Below, one piece after another: positions 46,039 to 56,021 of a stretch of DNA of 64,000 bases. The translations under genes were made by a program, and so were the position numbers. Below the pieces are notes generated by a model. That model searched no databases. It was not told where the DNA came from and saw only the letters and a program-made list of their open reading frames with translations. This DNA is from an uncultured Planctomycetales bacterium (GTDB taxonomy: Bacteria; Omnitrophota; Gorgyraeia; Zapsychrales; Fredricksoniimonadaceae), in assembly GCA_964483785.1 (NCBI GenBank), contig CAZACW010000004.1, forward strand, positions 6,794 through 70,793. The letters are read 5' to 3'. Numbering within the stretch: the first letter of the stretch is position 1; each line of letters opens with the position of its first letter.

Positions 46039-47180
46039 GCTTTTATCTCCGTCCTAAATTGCCGGCAGGCATCGGCAACGGTCCTGGCCTTGTCCAGACC
46101 CATGAACGAATGCAGGGGCAGATGAAGAGCGCTTTCGGCATACCAATCGCTCACCGGAAACTTCTTTTGACTTTTGCCCCGGAATATCGCCAATCGATGC
46201 AGCGGCACGTAAGGCCTTTGCACCATGATGCCTTGGTTTTCCAAAAACCGCATCAGCCCGTCCCTGTCCTGGGCGCAGACAACAAAATTCTGCGCTACGC
46301 TTTGTGTGTGTGCCGGGTCTTTAAAAATCGTAAGACCCTGGGTCCCGGTCAAATGTTCTTCATAATAGCTTTTAATCAGATGCCGCGATTTGATGATTTC
46401 CTTGAGGCGGGAAAATTTCACCCGCAAGGCGATCAGGTCCAGGAAGCCCATGGGAGCAAATCTCTGGCCCATGTTCAAAAGTTCCGCGTCACTGCGCCAG
46501 TCTTCCATCCAGCGCCTGATCCGCTCCTCCTGCTGTTTTGGACAAATGACCATGCCTCCCCCACCGCCGCAGGAAGACAAAGGCTTATAATAAGAGAAGG
46601 AGAACGCTGCCAGGTCTCCAAAGGCCCCAAGCTTGCGGCCTTGATAGGTCGAGCTTTCCGCCTGGCAGACATCCTCGATCAAAACTATTTTCCTTTTACG
46701 GCAAATCCCTTTGATCGTCTCTATGGCGCAGGCGCGGCCGAACATATGGGCCGCGATCACGGCCTTTGTTTTTTTGGTCACGGACCGCTCAAGAGCTTCA
46801 GGGTCCATCTGCAAATCATCGGCCTTGGCTTCCACAGGGACAGGTTTGGCCCCGGCATAAATCACGGCCAGGGCCACGGCCTGATAGGTCAAATTGGGCA
46901 CCAGGACTTCGTCCTTGGGCTTGACCCCCGCGGCCAGCAGGCACATTTTAAGCGCGTCGCTTCCGGAATTGACGGCCACGGCATGTGCAACGCCGATATA
47001 CTGCGCAAACGTATGTTCAAATTCCCGGACCAGGGTCTTGATTTCATTAAGACCCTTCAGGCTTTTAAGTACACGCTCCGTTTCAGCAGCATATTCACGG
47101 CAAAGCGCCTGCTCAACCAGGAGGCTCTCGTACCTTATCGCTGCCATGCGGCTGTCCCTAAAATCTTGCGGTCTATCCAT
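46035..47180 (-). CDS. DegT/DnrJ/EryC1/StrS-family PLP-dependent sugar aminotransferase.
   Basis: The 381-aa product is DegT-like along its full length (...AVNSGSDALKMCLLAAGVKPKDEVLVPNLTY...). The start may be the downstream ATG at 47147. Confidence 0.8.
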   Translation of the reverse strand: MDRPQDFRDSRMAAIRYESLLVEQALCREYAAETERVLKSLKGLNEIKTLVREFEHTFAQYIGVAHAVAVNSGSDALKMCLLAAGVKPKDEVLVPNLTYQAVALAVIYAGAKPVPVEAKADDLQMDPEALERSVTKKTKAVIAAHMFGRACAIETIKGICRKRKIVLIEDVCQAESSTYQGRKLGAFGDLAAFSFSYYKPLSSCGGGGGMVICPKQQEERIRRWMEDWRSDAELLNMGQRFAPMGFLDLIALRVKFSRLKEIIKSRHLIKSYYEEHLTGTQGLTIFKDPAHTQSVAQNFVVCAQDRDGLMRFLENQGIMVQRPYVPLHRLAIFRGKSQKKFPVSDWYAESALHLPLHSFMGLDKARTVADACRQFRTEIKA

Positions 47181-48166
47181 TCAATGCTTTCACAAAGATC
47201 GATATAATGTCTCACTCTGTCTTCGTATTTGCGGCCAGGCATGGTCTTGACCGCCTGCAGGGCGTTAAAATTGCTGATGCTGCGGTAGCTGCACTGGGGA
47301 TGCCGGGACAAATGTTCCTGCAAATCCCCAAAATACCGCCGGGCCGCAGGCAGCAAGGCCCCGGATGCATTTTTCGCGAAATCCATGAGATACAGCTCTT
47401 CCCGCACTTCTTCAGGAAAGGAAAGCAAAAGCCAATTGGCCAAAATTTTGCCGCTGGGAACAGAAAGCAAGTCCCAAGAACCCCTCGAGGGCTCGCTATA
47501 GCCGCGGCCGATCAGGCCTTGCAGGCTGTTCTTCAATTCCCAGGCACAGGCCTGGCGGTACTGATCCATAAAAATGCCTGAAGCTTCCTCGTCCCAAATC
47601 TCAAGAAAGGCCGGATGCACTTCAATGGACTTAAGCCCCATGGCAGCCAGGCATTTTAAATTATCCAACAATCTCATAACACTGGAAGGATGCACGGTCA
47701 TGGTGGCTGTCAAAGGGCCGCGGGCATTGAGCGCCAGGGACACGCCTTTGAGAATGTCCGCGTAATAATAAGGCCCGATCCCCGGACGGTTGCGCTGGGT
47801 GGTTTTTTCATCGCCGTCAATACCCACTTCCAAATTGACATCATGATGTAAAAAGAAATCCATCAGCTCTTCATTGAGCAGGGTCGCGTTGGTCTGTACG
47901 GAAATGTAACGGCTTAAATTGTCCCGGCGGATGCGGGTGATCATGGCCTGAAGCACGTCCTTGTCCATCAACGGCTCTCCGCCGGAGAAGACAAATTCAA
48001 GGGGCGATGCGGGGCGGATGTAATCCAAAATATTCTCAAACGTGTGAAGTGTGATCACCTGCCGCTGGCTGCGGTATTTATAAAAACAATAGCCGCAGCC
48101 TAAATTGCAGCGGTCCGTGAAAAAAAGCCAGACATGATTGATCTGATCGATCAAGGATTCGCTCAT
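47135..48166 (-). CDS. Radical SAM protein, anaerobic sulfatase-maturase-like (rSAM #7).
   Basis: The product has CNLGCGYC and SGGEPLM. It is 343 aa long. Confidence 0.75.
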   Translation of the reverse strand: MSESLIDQINHVWLFFTDRCNLGCGYCFYKYRSQRQVITLHTFENILDYIRPASPLEFVFSGGEPLMDKDVLQAMITRIRRDNLSRYISVQTNATLLNEELMDFFLHHDVNLEVGIDGDEKTTQRNRPGIGPYYYADILKGVSLALNARGPLTATMTVHPSSVMRLLDNLKCLAAMGLKSIEVHPAFLEIWDEEASGIFMDQYRQACAWELKNSLQGLIGRGYSEPSRGSWDLLSVPSGKILANWLLLSFPEEVREELYLMDFAKNASGALLPAARRYFGDLQEHLSRHPQCSYRSISNFNALQAVKTMPGRKYEDRVRHYIDLCESIEWIDRKILGTAAWQR

Positions 48167-48195
48167 AAATCAGCAGTGCGGCGTCTTAGACCTCT

Positions 48196-49290
48196 TTACC
48201 TTGGGAAATGATTGATGGTGCTCAAGGATGAAGAACGGCCATGATGGGACCCAAATTTTCCCAATCCCAATGTCAAGTGCGTGCGCGTCTGAAAACGCAT
48301 AATGTCATTGATCGCCCAGGTGTTCATGTAGGGCTCGCCCATCATGGCATTCATCAGATCAAAGCTGTGGCAGACATGTTCGCGGTAAGGCAATTTGGCA
48401 TGTTTTCGGTGCATTTTATCATACGCTTTCTGATAAAAACCAAGCACCTCGGGCCTAAATAATCCCGTGGCCGGGTCCCAGAGCGTAAACTCAATCCGCT
48501 TATGTTCCGGCAGGCAGAGAAAGGCGTCCCCCCCAAACAGATAATTCGGCGGATGAAGGCTTAAGTCCATCACGCCCGGACTGATCCACTGGATGTCTTC
48601 GTTGGCATACATCATCCGCCGCAGTTCAGGACGTTTGGCCATGCTGAGATAATTTTTCTTGAAGGACGCCACGGTTTCAGGGGTCCAGGGCATGAAGGCC
48701 GCAGGCGTGATGTCGACGTGCGGGATGCCCAATGCTCTTAAAATATCCAGACCCTGCTCCATATGCTCAATTTCATGCGGATGCACCGTCATGGATGATC
48801 CACAGCCGATGCCGGCCTTGAGGCAGGCCTTGATGGTGTCAGCCAGTTTTTGATAGGACGCGGGCTTAAGGCCGCAACGGTGCCGGGCCGTCTGCTCCTG
48901 GCCGCCGTCGATGCCAAACTCCAATGACACCTTCAAACGCGCCAGTTTTTCAATGTCCTCATCATTGATCAAAAGGCCATTGGTCTGGATATGCAGGGAA
49001 ATCCCGGGAAATCGAACGCTGGCCTCTTGCATGATCCTAAAAAGGTTCTCCTTGGCCAGAAAGGCCTCGCCGCCGCTGAAAATCAAGGTGGAGGGCACGG
49101 TTGCTTCCCGCTCAAAGAGCAAAAAAAGCTGCTCGACGGCATCCAAGGAAACTTCCCGCCCCATCATGTGGCGAAAAAAGCAGTAATCGCAATGAAGATT
49201 GCAGCGCTCGGTGACATAGATCCAGGTGGAATTGACCTTGAATTTTTTAAGCGCTTTTTCTGGTGTCGATAAAATATTTGATCTTGCCAT
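48196..49290 (-). CDS. Radical SAM protein (rSAM #8), paralogous to #7.
   Basis: The product has CNLHCDYC and SGGEAFL. The start is tentatively the ATG at 49290 (MARSNILS...), which overlaps the upstream gene by 44 nt; a non-ATG start is possible. Confidence 0.65.
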   Translation of the reverse strand: MARSNILSTPEKALKKFKVNSTWIYVTERCNLHCDYCFFRHMMGREVSLDAVEQLFLLFEREATVPSTLIFSGGEAFLAKENLFRIMQEASVRFPGISLHIQTNGLLINDEDIEKLARLKVSLEFGIDGGQEQTARHRCGLKPASYQKLADTIKACLKAGIGCGSSMTVHPHEIEHMEQGLDILRALGIPHVDITPAAFMPWTPETVASFKKNYLSMAKRPELRRMMYANEDIQWISPGVMDLSLHPPNYLFGGDAFLCLPEHKRIEFTLWDPATGLFRPEVLGFYQKAYDKMHRKHAKLPYREHVCHSFDLMNAMMGEPYMNTWAINDIMRFQTRTHLTLGLGKFGSHHGRSSSLSTINHFPR

Positions 49291-50413
49291 TTGAGGTCCT
49301 TGGGACTTCCCCGGGATGGGCCCGAAGAAAAACGTGAAAGTTGATCCCCAGCCTTTGCACCAGGGCGGCTTGAACAGCGCTGGCCTTGGGCAGGGTTGCG
49401 CCGGCCACATTGATAATGACTCTATCATAATATTTCAGCGGGTGCTTATCAACCACAAAAAAGAAGCCCGGCTTGCCCAGATAATCATGAACGGCCTTGA
49501 TCAATTCCTGCTTCCAAACGACCGCCCCATTGAGCAATAGGCTCTCCTGGATGCGGCCGAGAACCTTGATGCCCAAGGACCCTTTCTGGCGCACCAGTTC
49601 CACCCTATCACCAAGACGATAACGCAAAAATGGCATGCATGTGTTGTTTAAATCGGTCACCACCAAGTCTCCCTGACCTAAAACGGACGTCTTTCCGGAG
49701 CCGTCCAATACTTCCAACAATAATCCGTCATCAAATACCTTCATATATTCATCTTGCGGCTTGATGGCGACGCTTAAAGCAGAAATTTCATTGGCGCCAT
49801 AATGGTCATGGACCTTGACCCCGGACATATGCTCCATATTCCTGCGGTATTGCGGCCACAATGGTTCGCCGCAAGCCAAGCCTATTTTTAAGGAATGACG
49901 CCGGCCTATCACGGCAAATAAATCATAAAGTTGATTGGCATAGGCGTTGACCATGTTCGGCCTTAACGTTTTGACCATTTGAGCGGCATCCATCGCCTGG
50001 GCCGGTGAAGTGATGGGGCCGAAGGGAATGACGCCGGCACCCGCAGCTTTCAGGCCTGCTTCCATCATGCGCCCCGGGCTATTTAATGCATAGGAGCACA
50101 GGTTTAAGCATAAGATGCCGGGTTTGACGCCGATACTGCGGTAGATCTTGACGAGGCGGCCCAAGTGTGACTCATACGCTTCGCGCGAATGAAGAATCAC
50201 CAGCTTCGAGGCCGTGGAACCTGAAGTGGCTATCATGTTAAAGGGTGCAGACAATCGTTGGGAACCGGCAAAACTTTTAAGCGACTCGCGATGGGAAATA
50301 GGAATGCGCTTAAAATCGTCCCACGATTTTAAGCGCAGGCGATAGCGGGCATCATGCCTGGCCCAGAGGGAACAAAGTTTCAAGACTTTTTTAAAGGACG
50401 TCCGGCTCAACAT
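49247..50413 (-). CDS. Phenylacetate-CoA ligase (PaaK)/F390 synthetase/CapK-like adenylate-forming enzyme.
   Basis: The product has the PaaK-family layout (SGSTASK... P-loop-like AMP-binding motif and a C-terminal ...GKIKY). The start is set at ATG 50413 (MLSRTSF...), 4 nt after the upstream stop. Confidence 0.65.
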   Translation of the reverse strand: MLSRTSFKKVLKLCSLWARHDARYRLRLKSWDDFKRIPISHRESLKSFAGSQRLSAPFNMIATSGSTASKLVILHSREAYESHLGRLVKIYRSIGVKPGILCLNLCSYALNSPGRMMEAGLKAAGAGVIPFGPITSPAQAMDAAQMVKTLRPNMVNAYANQLYDLFAVIGRRHSLKIGLACGEPLWPQYRRNMEHMSGVKVHDHYGANEISALSVAIKPQDEYMKVFDDGLLLEVLDGSGKTSVLGQGDLVVTDLNNTCMPFLRYRLGDRVELVRQKGSLGIKVLGRIQESLLLNGAVVWKQELIKAVHDYLGKPGFFFVVDKHPLKYYDRVIINVAGATLPKASAVQAALVQRLGINFHVFLRAHPGEVPRTSNGKIKYFIDTRKSA

Positions 50414-50417
50414 AGGT

Positions 50418-51470
50418 TCACAAGCCCGTTTCAGCCGCCTTGCACAGCAGGCAGGGGCGCCACCAGGACTTAGAAACATCCAAGATGGGCTCGAAATCTT
50501 TGCGTTCAGCCGCGATTTCCCCAAAATCCTGGGACATCAAATTCCCGAAATAAAACGGGTCTTGGGCGATGTCCAGGCCATTCACCGCGCGGTAAGGATT
50601 GTAACATCCATAGCAATCTCCATTGCCGTCAATAAATAACACCTGACGGTGCACCTGGCATGTGTAGTGACAGGTTTGGGATGAGGCATCCGATTGGGCC
50701 GGCCCATCAGACAAGCGGTTTAAGCGTTCGATCAATTTTTCCGTCTTTTGGATGAAATCCAAAATATTGGTATGATCCAGCAGGAATTTGTGTTGACGGT
50801 TGATCCGGGCCCAAAGCAGGACCTTCTTCAAGCCATGCAGATCGAACCCAAGATTAGACGGTGTTTTGATATAATTGTACACATATTGATAGGACACATA
50901 AAAACAGCGCTGTTCTGACAAGGCGCTTCCCAGCAATCGGCGCACTTTGAGAGGGAAGGAAAAAGCGTCCTTAACGGATTGTTTGGTCACAACATAATTG
51001 GTCCTTAAATTGATCCCCAAATTTTTTTCAGAAATGGCGCTGACCACATTCTTGACCAAGGCGCTGCAGCGATCAAAGTTGAACCCGGGATAAGGCGAAT
51101 GGATTTTGTGCAATCCTTGCTCATCAACGGCATTCAGGTTCACGGTCAACTGGCGCAGGCAGGGCAAAATCTCAATGATCTCCTTATCCTGAAGGGCGTT
51201 TGACAAGAGTTCGATCTCAAAACCCAGGGCGCGGGCTTTTTTAATGATCCGGGTGAATGCCGGATTGAGCGTCGGTTCGCCCCTGCCCCCTACTTCCAAG
51301 ACCCTAAACCCTTTTTCGAAAGCCTGGGCTATGACCGTGTGCCATTGTTCCTCAGTCATGGTTTCTTTTCGGCTCAACGGCTGGGCCTCTTTGACATAGC
51401 CGTACATGCAGAACCCGCAGCGGTATTGGCAGCCATCATAGAGGGAAACAAGCAGGCGTTTTTCGTTCAT
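50418..51470 (-). CDS. Radical SAM/SPASM-like protein (rSAM #9).
   Basis: The product has CQYRCGFC, GGRGEP and the C-terminal cysteines CHYTCQVH...GDCYGCYNPY...CLLC. Confidence 0.75.
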   Translation of the reverse strand: MNEKRLLVSLYDGCQYRCGFCMYGYVKEAQPLSRKETMTEEQWHTVIAQAFEKGFRVLEVGGRGEPTLNPAFTRIIKKARALGFEIELLSNALQDKEIIEILPCLRQLTVNLNAVDEQGLHKIHSPYPGFNFDRCSALVKNVVSAISEKNLGINLRTNYVVTKQSVKDAFSFPLKVRRLLGSALSEQRCFYVSYQYVYNYIKTPSNLGFDLHGLKKVLLWARINRQHKFLLDHTNILDFIQKTEKLIERLNRLSDGPAQSDASSQTCHYTCQVHRQVLFIDGNGDCYGCYNPYRAVNGLDIAQDPFYFGNLMSQDFGEIAAERKDFEPILDVSKSWWRPCLLCKAAETGL

Positions 51471-51533
51471 GAGCGTCTTGGACTTTTAAACGATTCTGGA
51501 GGAGAGATGGTTTTTATTATAATGCGCCGGGCA

Positions 51534-52895
51534 TTAAAAATCAAAATATATGAACGCCCTGGCCCCGTCGATGGACAGGACCTTGCTTAAAATCATCAGC
51601 CCGATCGACCCAGCGACGATCAGCGCCCCCGGAAGCTTCTTGGCGGCCCTGATCTCTAAAGATAAACGGTCCCAAGGATGGGCCAGGAAAGCCAGGATGA
51701 TCAATAGGACAGGAAATAATGTCATTGAAAATAAAGAAAAGCCCCCCCATTGGGAAAACCCGCCCAGCACATGTTTCAGCTGTCCCCAATCCCTGGACCT
51801 AAAGAGCATCCACGCCAAAGCCACCGCATGAAAGGTGATGAGCTTAGCCAGCCACAAAGGCATTTTAACCGATGGCCATAGGCGGGAAAAAACGCGCTCC
51901 ACGACCAAATAAAGGCCATGGCAAATTCCCCAAAGCACGAACATCCATGAGGCCCCGTGCCAAAGACCGCCTAAGGCCATGGTGACCATGATATTCAAAA
52001 GCCTCCGGCCAAAGCCCCGCCGGTTGCCTCCCAACGGAATATACAGGTAATCCTTGAGCCAACGCGAAAGCGTGATGTGCCATCGCCGCCAAAAATCCCT
52101 GACAGAGCGCGCGGCATACGGCCGGTTGAAATTCAAAGGAAGGCGGATGCCCATCATGAACGCCAGCCCGTAGGCCATATCCACATAGCCGCTGAAATCG
52201 CAATAAATCTGGACGGCAAAACCATAAAAGGTGAATAAACTCTGATAGAAATTCAATGAGTCCTGCGCGCCGTAAAACCTGTCCACGTAAAATCCGATTT
52301 GATCGGCAAACACCATCTTCTTAAGCATCCCGATGGCAAAAAGCGAAAGGCCCAATTTAAAAAACCTCTGTTGAACAGCCAAATGCCCCAATTGGGGCAA
52401 AAGTTCCCTGGCCCGCATAATGGGGCCGGCGATCAGATGGGGAAAGAAAGAGACGAAAACGCAATAGCGCAAGAATCCTTGTTCAGGCTGGATCAGTTTC
52501 TTTCGGACATCGATCAAATACGAAGCAACTGTAAAGGTGATGAAAGAAATCCCGATGGGCAAGGCCCAACGGCCATGGCTGGCCCATTGTTCCGCCCAGC
52601 GATCAGAAACGTTTTGAAGAATGAAAGAAGCATATTTATAAAAAATCAGAGGCGAGAAGACCAGCAGGAGTGTTGCCGCAAATTGCCAACGCGGCATACG
52701 CGGCACTTTAAAAGCGCCATAATAGCTTAAAAGGACAAGGGCAAGCAGCAGGAATATATAGAAAGGGCACCACCAGGCGTAAAAAATACAGCTGGCTAAA
52801 AATACCGCCCCTAACCGCCATGGGGCCGGAACCATGCTCCATAGGAACATGAAGACCGCAAAAAAAATGAGGAAGGTATTGGAATAAAAGAGCAT
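51534..52895 (-). CDS. MBOAT-family membrane-bound O-acyltransferase (AlgI/DltB-like), copy 1.
   Basis: The 453-aa polytopic membrane protein has the MBOAT His region (...RRWHITLSRWLKDYLYIPLGG...). Confidence 0.85.
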   Translation of the reverse strand: MLFYSNTFLIFFAVFMFLWSMVPAPWRLGAVFLASCIFYAWWCPFYIFLLLALVLLSYYGAFKVPRMPRWQFAATLLLVFSPLIFYKYASFILQNVSDRWAEQWASHGRWALPIGISFITFTVASYLIDVRKKLIQPEQGFLRYCVFVSFFPHLIAGPIMRARELLPQLGHLAVQQRFFKLGLSLFAIGMLKKMVFADQIGFYVDRFYGAQDSLNFYQSLFTFYGFAVQIYCDFSGYVDMAYGLAFMMGIRLPLNFNRPYAARSVRDFWRRWHITLSRWLKDYLYIPLGGNRRGFGRRLLNIMVTMALGGLWHGASWMFVLWGICHGLYLVVERVFSRLWPSVKMPLWLAKLITFHAVALAWMLFRSRDWGQLKHVLGGFSQWGGFSLFSMTLFPVLLIILAFLAHPWDRLSLEIRAAKKLPGALIVAGSIGLMILSKVLSIDGARAFIYFDF

Positions 52896-52901
52896 GGCTG
52901 A

Positions 52902-53873
52902 TCAATGCCTCGATAAACTTGCTTTCACCGCCGGCCCAATGGCCTCGGCCATGATCTGCAGGCCTTGGGCATTATAATGAGGGTCTGAGGGCATAATCCA
53001 TAATTGCGCTTGAGGGACAAGCTGCAATGACGGGGTAAAATCAACCGTCATCCAGCCCAACCGGCTCCCTAAATTTTTAATCTTGTCATATTCCCTCTTA
53101 TAAGGAAAATCCGCCAAATCGTGGCTGTCCGGCGTGACCGCCAAAATCACCTTAAACCCGTCTTCTTTCGCCATGGCATCCAATCTCTGGAAAGCGGCGA
53201 CCATGTCAAGATATCCCTTGAAATCGTCCTTGTATAAATTCTTGTAATAGCCAATCCGGCCTTTCCTGCTTGCGGTCCCCATTTGAAACATGTCCAGGGC
53301 CTCCACCCATTTAACCGCCAACTCACTGTGCCGCAGTAAAAAATTGCCTCCCTCAGGCCCCAGGACCTTGGCGTCGCTGATGAAAAAATGCACGATCACC
53401 AGATCCGGCTTCAAGGCCCTTAGCCTGGTCTCAAAAAGATGCACATACCGCACCGCATTGTAATTGCCGATGCCGCCGTTAAGGACTTCTGCCTCCCGGC
53501 CCATTTCCTTTTGAAGATCAGCGGGCAGGGTGCTGTTTTCCTCGACCCCCCATCCTAAGGTATTGGAACTGCCCAAAAATAGGACCCTTAAATGATGCCG
53601 CTGTCCCTGCGTCTGGATCTCAGGCCCGCGCAGGCCGAAACTATTGATGCGGACCATGACGCCTTCAAGTTTGGCAGAGCTCCCCGGCCTGTGCACATGA
53701 CCCAACACAGGATCAGGGCTTATCATCTTAAGCAATTTGGCATAGCGCCACATTTCAATGCTGTAGTCTGATTGGTCCAGGTTTTTCAAGCGCAGAAGCC
53801 CCTCGGTGAGGATGAGGGCCGCCAGCAAAACCGCGAAAAAAACCGCCGCTTCTTTAATTAATCTGATAAACAA
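52902..53873 (-). CDS. SGNH/GDSL hydrolase-like protein (AlgJ/AlgX-type acetylation partner), copy 1.
   Basis: The product has an N-terminal TM helix and the LFLGSSNTLGWGV SGNH block I. The tracked start is a TTG. Confidence 0.6.
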   Translation of the reverse strand: MFIRLIKEAAVFFAVLLAALILTEGLLRLKNLDQSDYSIEMWRYAKLLKMISPDPVLGHVHRPGSSAKLEGVMVRINSFGLRGPEIQTQGQRHHLRVLFLGSSNTLGWGVEENSTLPADLQKEMGREAEVLNGGIGNYNAVRYVHLFETRLRALKPDLVIVHFFISDAKVLGPEGGNFLLRHSELAVKWVEALDMFQMGTASRKGRIGYYKNLYKDDFKGYLDMVAAFQRLDAMAKEDGFKVILAVTPDSHDLADFPYKREYDKIKNLGSRLGWMTVDFTPSLQLVPQAQLWIMPSDPHYNAQGLQIMAEAIGPAVKASLSRH

Positions 53874-53985
53874 ATCCGCCCTCCGGGGCGCTCTTTGTCA
53901 TGAGCGTCAGCCATAAGGTCCCGGCGCCCAAAATCAGCACCCCTATGACCCAATAGAGCCAGTATCTTTTTATAAAATCGTTCAT
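53854..53985 (-). CDS. 44-aa single-TM micro-protein (MNDFIKRYWLYWVIGVLILGAGTLWLTLMTKSAPEGGFVYQIN).
   Basis: Manual translation shows the ATG overlaps the stop of the upstream SGNH gene (ATGA). The product has a W-rich N-region plus one TM helix. It is not in the ORF track because it is under 60 aa. Confidence 0.45.
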   Translation of the reverse strand: MNDFIKRYWLYWVIGVLILGAGTLWLTLMTKSAPEGGFVYQIN

Positions 53986-54962
53986 GGCTTCAGCGGGCTT
54001 GGATATAACCCTTTTTTGATAAAATCAAAAGTGAACTCCGCGATCAACTGATGGGCCTTGCCGTTCGGGTGCGGGTCATCCGAAGCCACCCACAAATCTC
54101 CTGGCCTCTCCCATGGGGAAAACATAGAAGTGATATCCAGGACATCGATGCCGTTATTCTTTAAAAAATCCGCCATCATGCGCTGTTCTTGCTTGAAAGG
54201 ATAATGAGCCAAATCATGGAACTCCGGAATGAACACCACTTGCAATAAAATACCGTTCTTGGCACAGATGTCCCTTAACAACAGAAAGGCTTCTTTCGCG
54301 CGCGCAAGTCCCGGCCGGCCCTCCTGGTACAAATCCGCGTAATAAGTTTTATAATTTTTAGCCGGGTCCAGCCGCAATGACCAAGCATGCAGCCTTGACC
54401 AATATAAAGTCAGCAGCTGAGAATAGCCTAAAAACCACCATGATGACTTATGCTGGGTGAGCTGGACACTGTTAATGACAAAAAACATCACCACCTTGTC
54501 CGGATGGTATTGCAACCCTTTTTTAATGAAATGATGGACCTGCTGTTCGGTGGTATAATTGCCTGTCCCGGTATTGATGATCTCCGTCGGATAAATCCTG
54601 CTCAATTCCTTTTCCAGGATATCATGAAAGGTCTCTTCTTCCTTCACCCCCCATCCCAAGGTGAAGGAATCGCCTAAAAACATAATCCTTTTTTGATTGG
54701 TCCTGGCCACTAGACAATCGCGGCCGCGAAACCCGTCCGCATTGGTATGGATCATGACCCCCATCAAACGCGCCGATGCATTCGGCTTATGGACATGGTC
54801 AATGAAAGGGTCCGGGTCATCCTGTTTAAGGCCCATCGCGTATTTTGTCATCTCGACATCATAGACCAAATAATGATTGAGGCAGGCCCTTGTCAGCAGT
54901 TCGAGGGCCAGGAAGCACAAGACAATTGCGATGAACGGCTGGAGGCCTAATTTAGAGAACAT
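53982..54962 (-). CDS. SGNH/GDSL hydrolase-like protein, copy 2.
   Basis: The product has an N-terminal TM helix and the MFLGDSFTLGWGV block I. It is paralogous to 52902..53873. Confidence 0.65.
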   Translation of the reverse strand: MFSKLGLQPFIAIVLCFLALELLTRACLNHYLVYDVEMTKYAMGLKQDDPDPFIDHVHKPNASARLMGVMIHTNADGFRGRDCLVARTNQKRIMFLGDSFTLGWGVKEEETFHDILEKELSRIYPTEIINTGTGNYTTEQQVHHFIKKGLQYHPDKVVMFFVINSVQLTQHKSSWWFLGYSQLLTLYWSRLHAWSLRLDPAKNYKTYYADLYQEGRPGLARAKEAFLLLRDICAKNGILLQVVFIPEFHDLAHYPFKQEQRMMADFLKNNGIDVLDITSMFSPWERPGDLWVASDDPHPNGKAHQLIAEFTFDFIKKGLYPSPLKP

Positions 54963-55996
54963 GGGTTCCCTTCTTGTTTCAACATACGTTCCAAGACCTC
55001 GTTCCTGACATGGCTCTCATCATAGAAATCCTTCTCATCAAGGCCGCAGACCTCCGAATTAAAGGAGCCTTTGATTTTGACATTCAATCTGCGCGCAAGA
55101 GCGCGGAAATCATTCTCGATACCGGCCAGGTCCAGGGCCCCGGGGTTGCGCTGGGGATCCAGAAAATAATGATAAAGTATGGGGTGAAAAGGAGGCACAT
55201 AACAGGTGACCTGCACGTGACGCGAAGTTAAATAACCGACGAATTTCTCTAAAATGTCCTCCAAATTCCGGCTGAACTTCAGCTGCCTCATCAATGGCGA
55301 TGCCGGCCCATGGTCCATGTCCCTCACCGCCGCCCTTCGGCTTTGCGGCACGTCCCTTAGGTAATAGGCCCTGTCCCATAAATACCGGCCATCCTTGAAA
55401 AACATTTTTTCGTCGTTTCTCTGCATCCATCGGTCCACTGCCATTTGAAAACGATGAAAAGACAAAATACGCTGCCATGAGGGCGGAATCAGCGGCCCCC
55501 TGATTTCTTCCCGGCTCACCCCTAAACGGTCCATCATGCCATAGACATCCTGTTTGATGAAGAGCCAATCCGGCGGCATGTCGGGAGAAAGGACCAGTTG
55601 CGCATTGAGAACAAATATAATCTTCTTAGGGAGCATGTTCTTTTGTTCGTACTCCTGGACAAGGCCCATATAATCGGCAAGCACAGCCCCCAATAAAGAA
55701 TGATTCAAGACCTTATCCGGGGCAAAAATGTTCTCGCCGATCCATGACGTATTGCTTGACCCCAGCACCATAATATCAGGAGCAGAGCTTAAATGTTCAA
55801 TCCAATATTTGAAGAGCAGCCGGTCGTTGATGGGACGGTTAAAGGAAACATTAAACCCGTCAGCCAACAGGCTCGCATAACGGCGTTCATCGCTCCCTGC
55901 CGGATCGGCCCCTAAAGGCAAAACCGCCTGAGGATCCATGGCTATGTTCACCGCTGCCACCAACAACAGAACCGGGACAAAGCCAATCAGTTTCAT
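54947..55996 (-). CDS. DltD-like SGNH-related protein.
   Basis: The product has the signal/TM segment MKLIGFVPVLLLVAAV and the MVLGSSNTSW block. Its size and position right after an MBOAT gene mirror DltB-DltD. The start is set at ATG 55996; the tracked start at 56056 would overlap the MBOAT. Confidence 0.55.
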   Translation of the reverse strand: MKLIGFVPVLLLVAAVNIAMDPQAVLPLGADPAGSDERRYASLLADGFNVSFNRPINDRLLFKYWIEHLSSAPDIMVLGSSNTSWIGENIFAPDKVLNHSLLGAVLADYMGLVQEYEQKNMLPKKIIFVLNAQLVLSPDMPPDWLFIKQDVYGMMDRLGVSREEIRGPLIPPSWQRILSFHRFQMAVDRWMQRNDEKMFFKDGRYLWDRAYYLRDVPQSRRAAVRDMDHGPASPLMRQLKFSRNLEDILEKFVGYLTSRHVQVTCYVPPFHPILYHYFLDPQRNPGALDLAGIENDFRALARRLNVKIKGSFNSEVCGLDEKDFYDESHVRNEVLERMLKQEGNPCSLN

Positions 55997-56021
55997 GAAC
56001 AGACGCCTTGCGCTTTGCCTT

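Noticed and set aside
46059-47207. 382-aa plus-strand ORF antisense to the DegT aminotransferase.
   Set aside because: The opposite strand encodes a full-length DegT-family protein. The product of this frame is low-complexity.
51339-51590. 83-aa plus-strand ORF with GGAGGAGAG-ATG in the rSAM#9/MBOAT intergenic region.
   Set aside because: The ORF overlaps the MBOAT C-terminus antisense. The SD-like sequence is 2-3 nt from the ATG, which is too close, and the product has no features.
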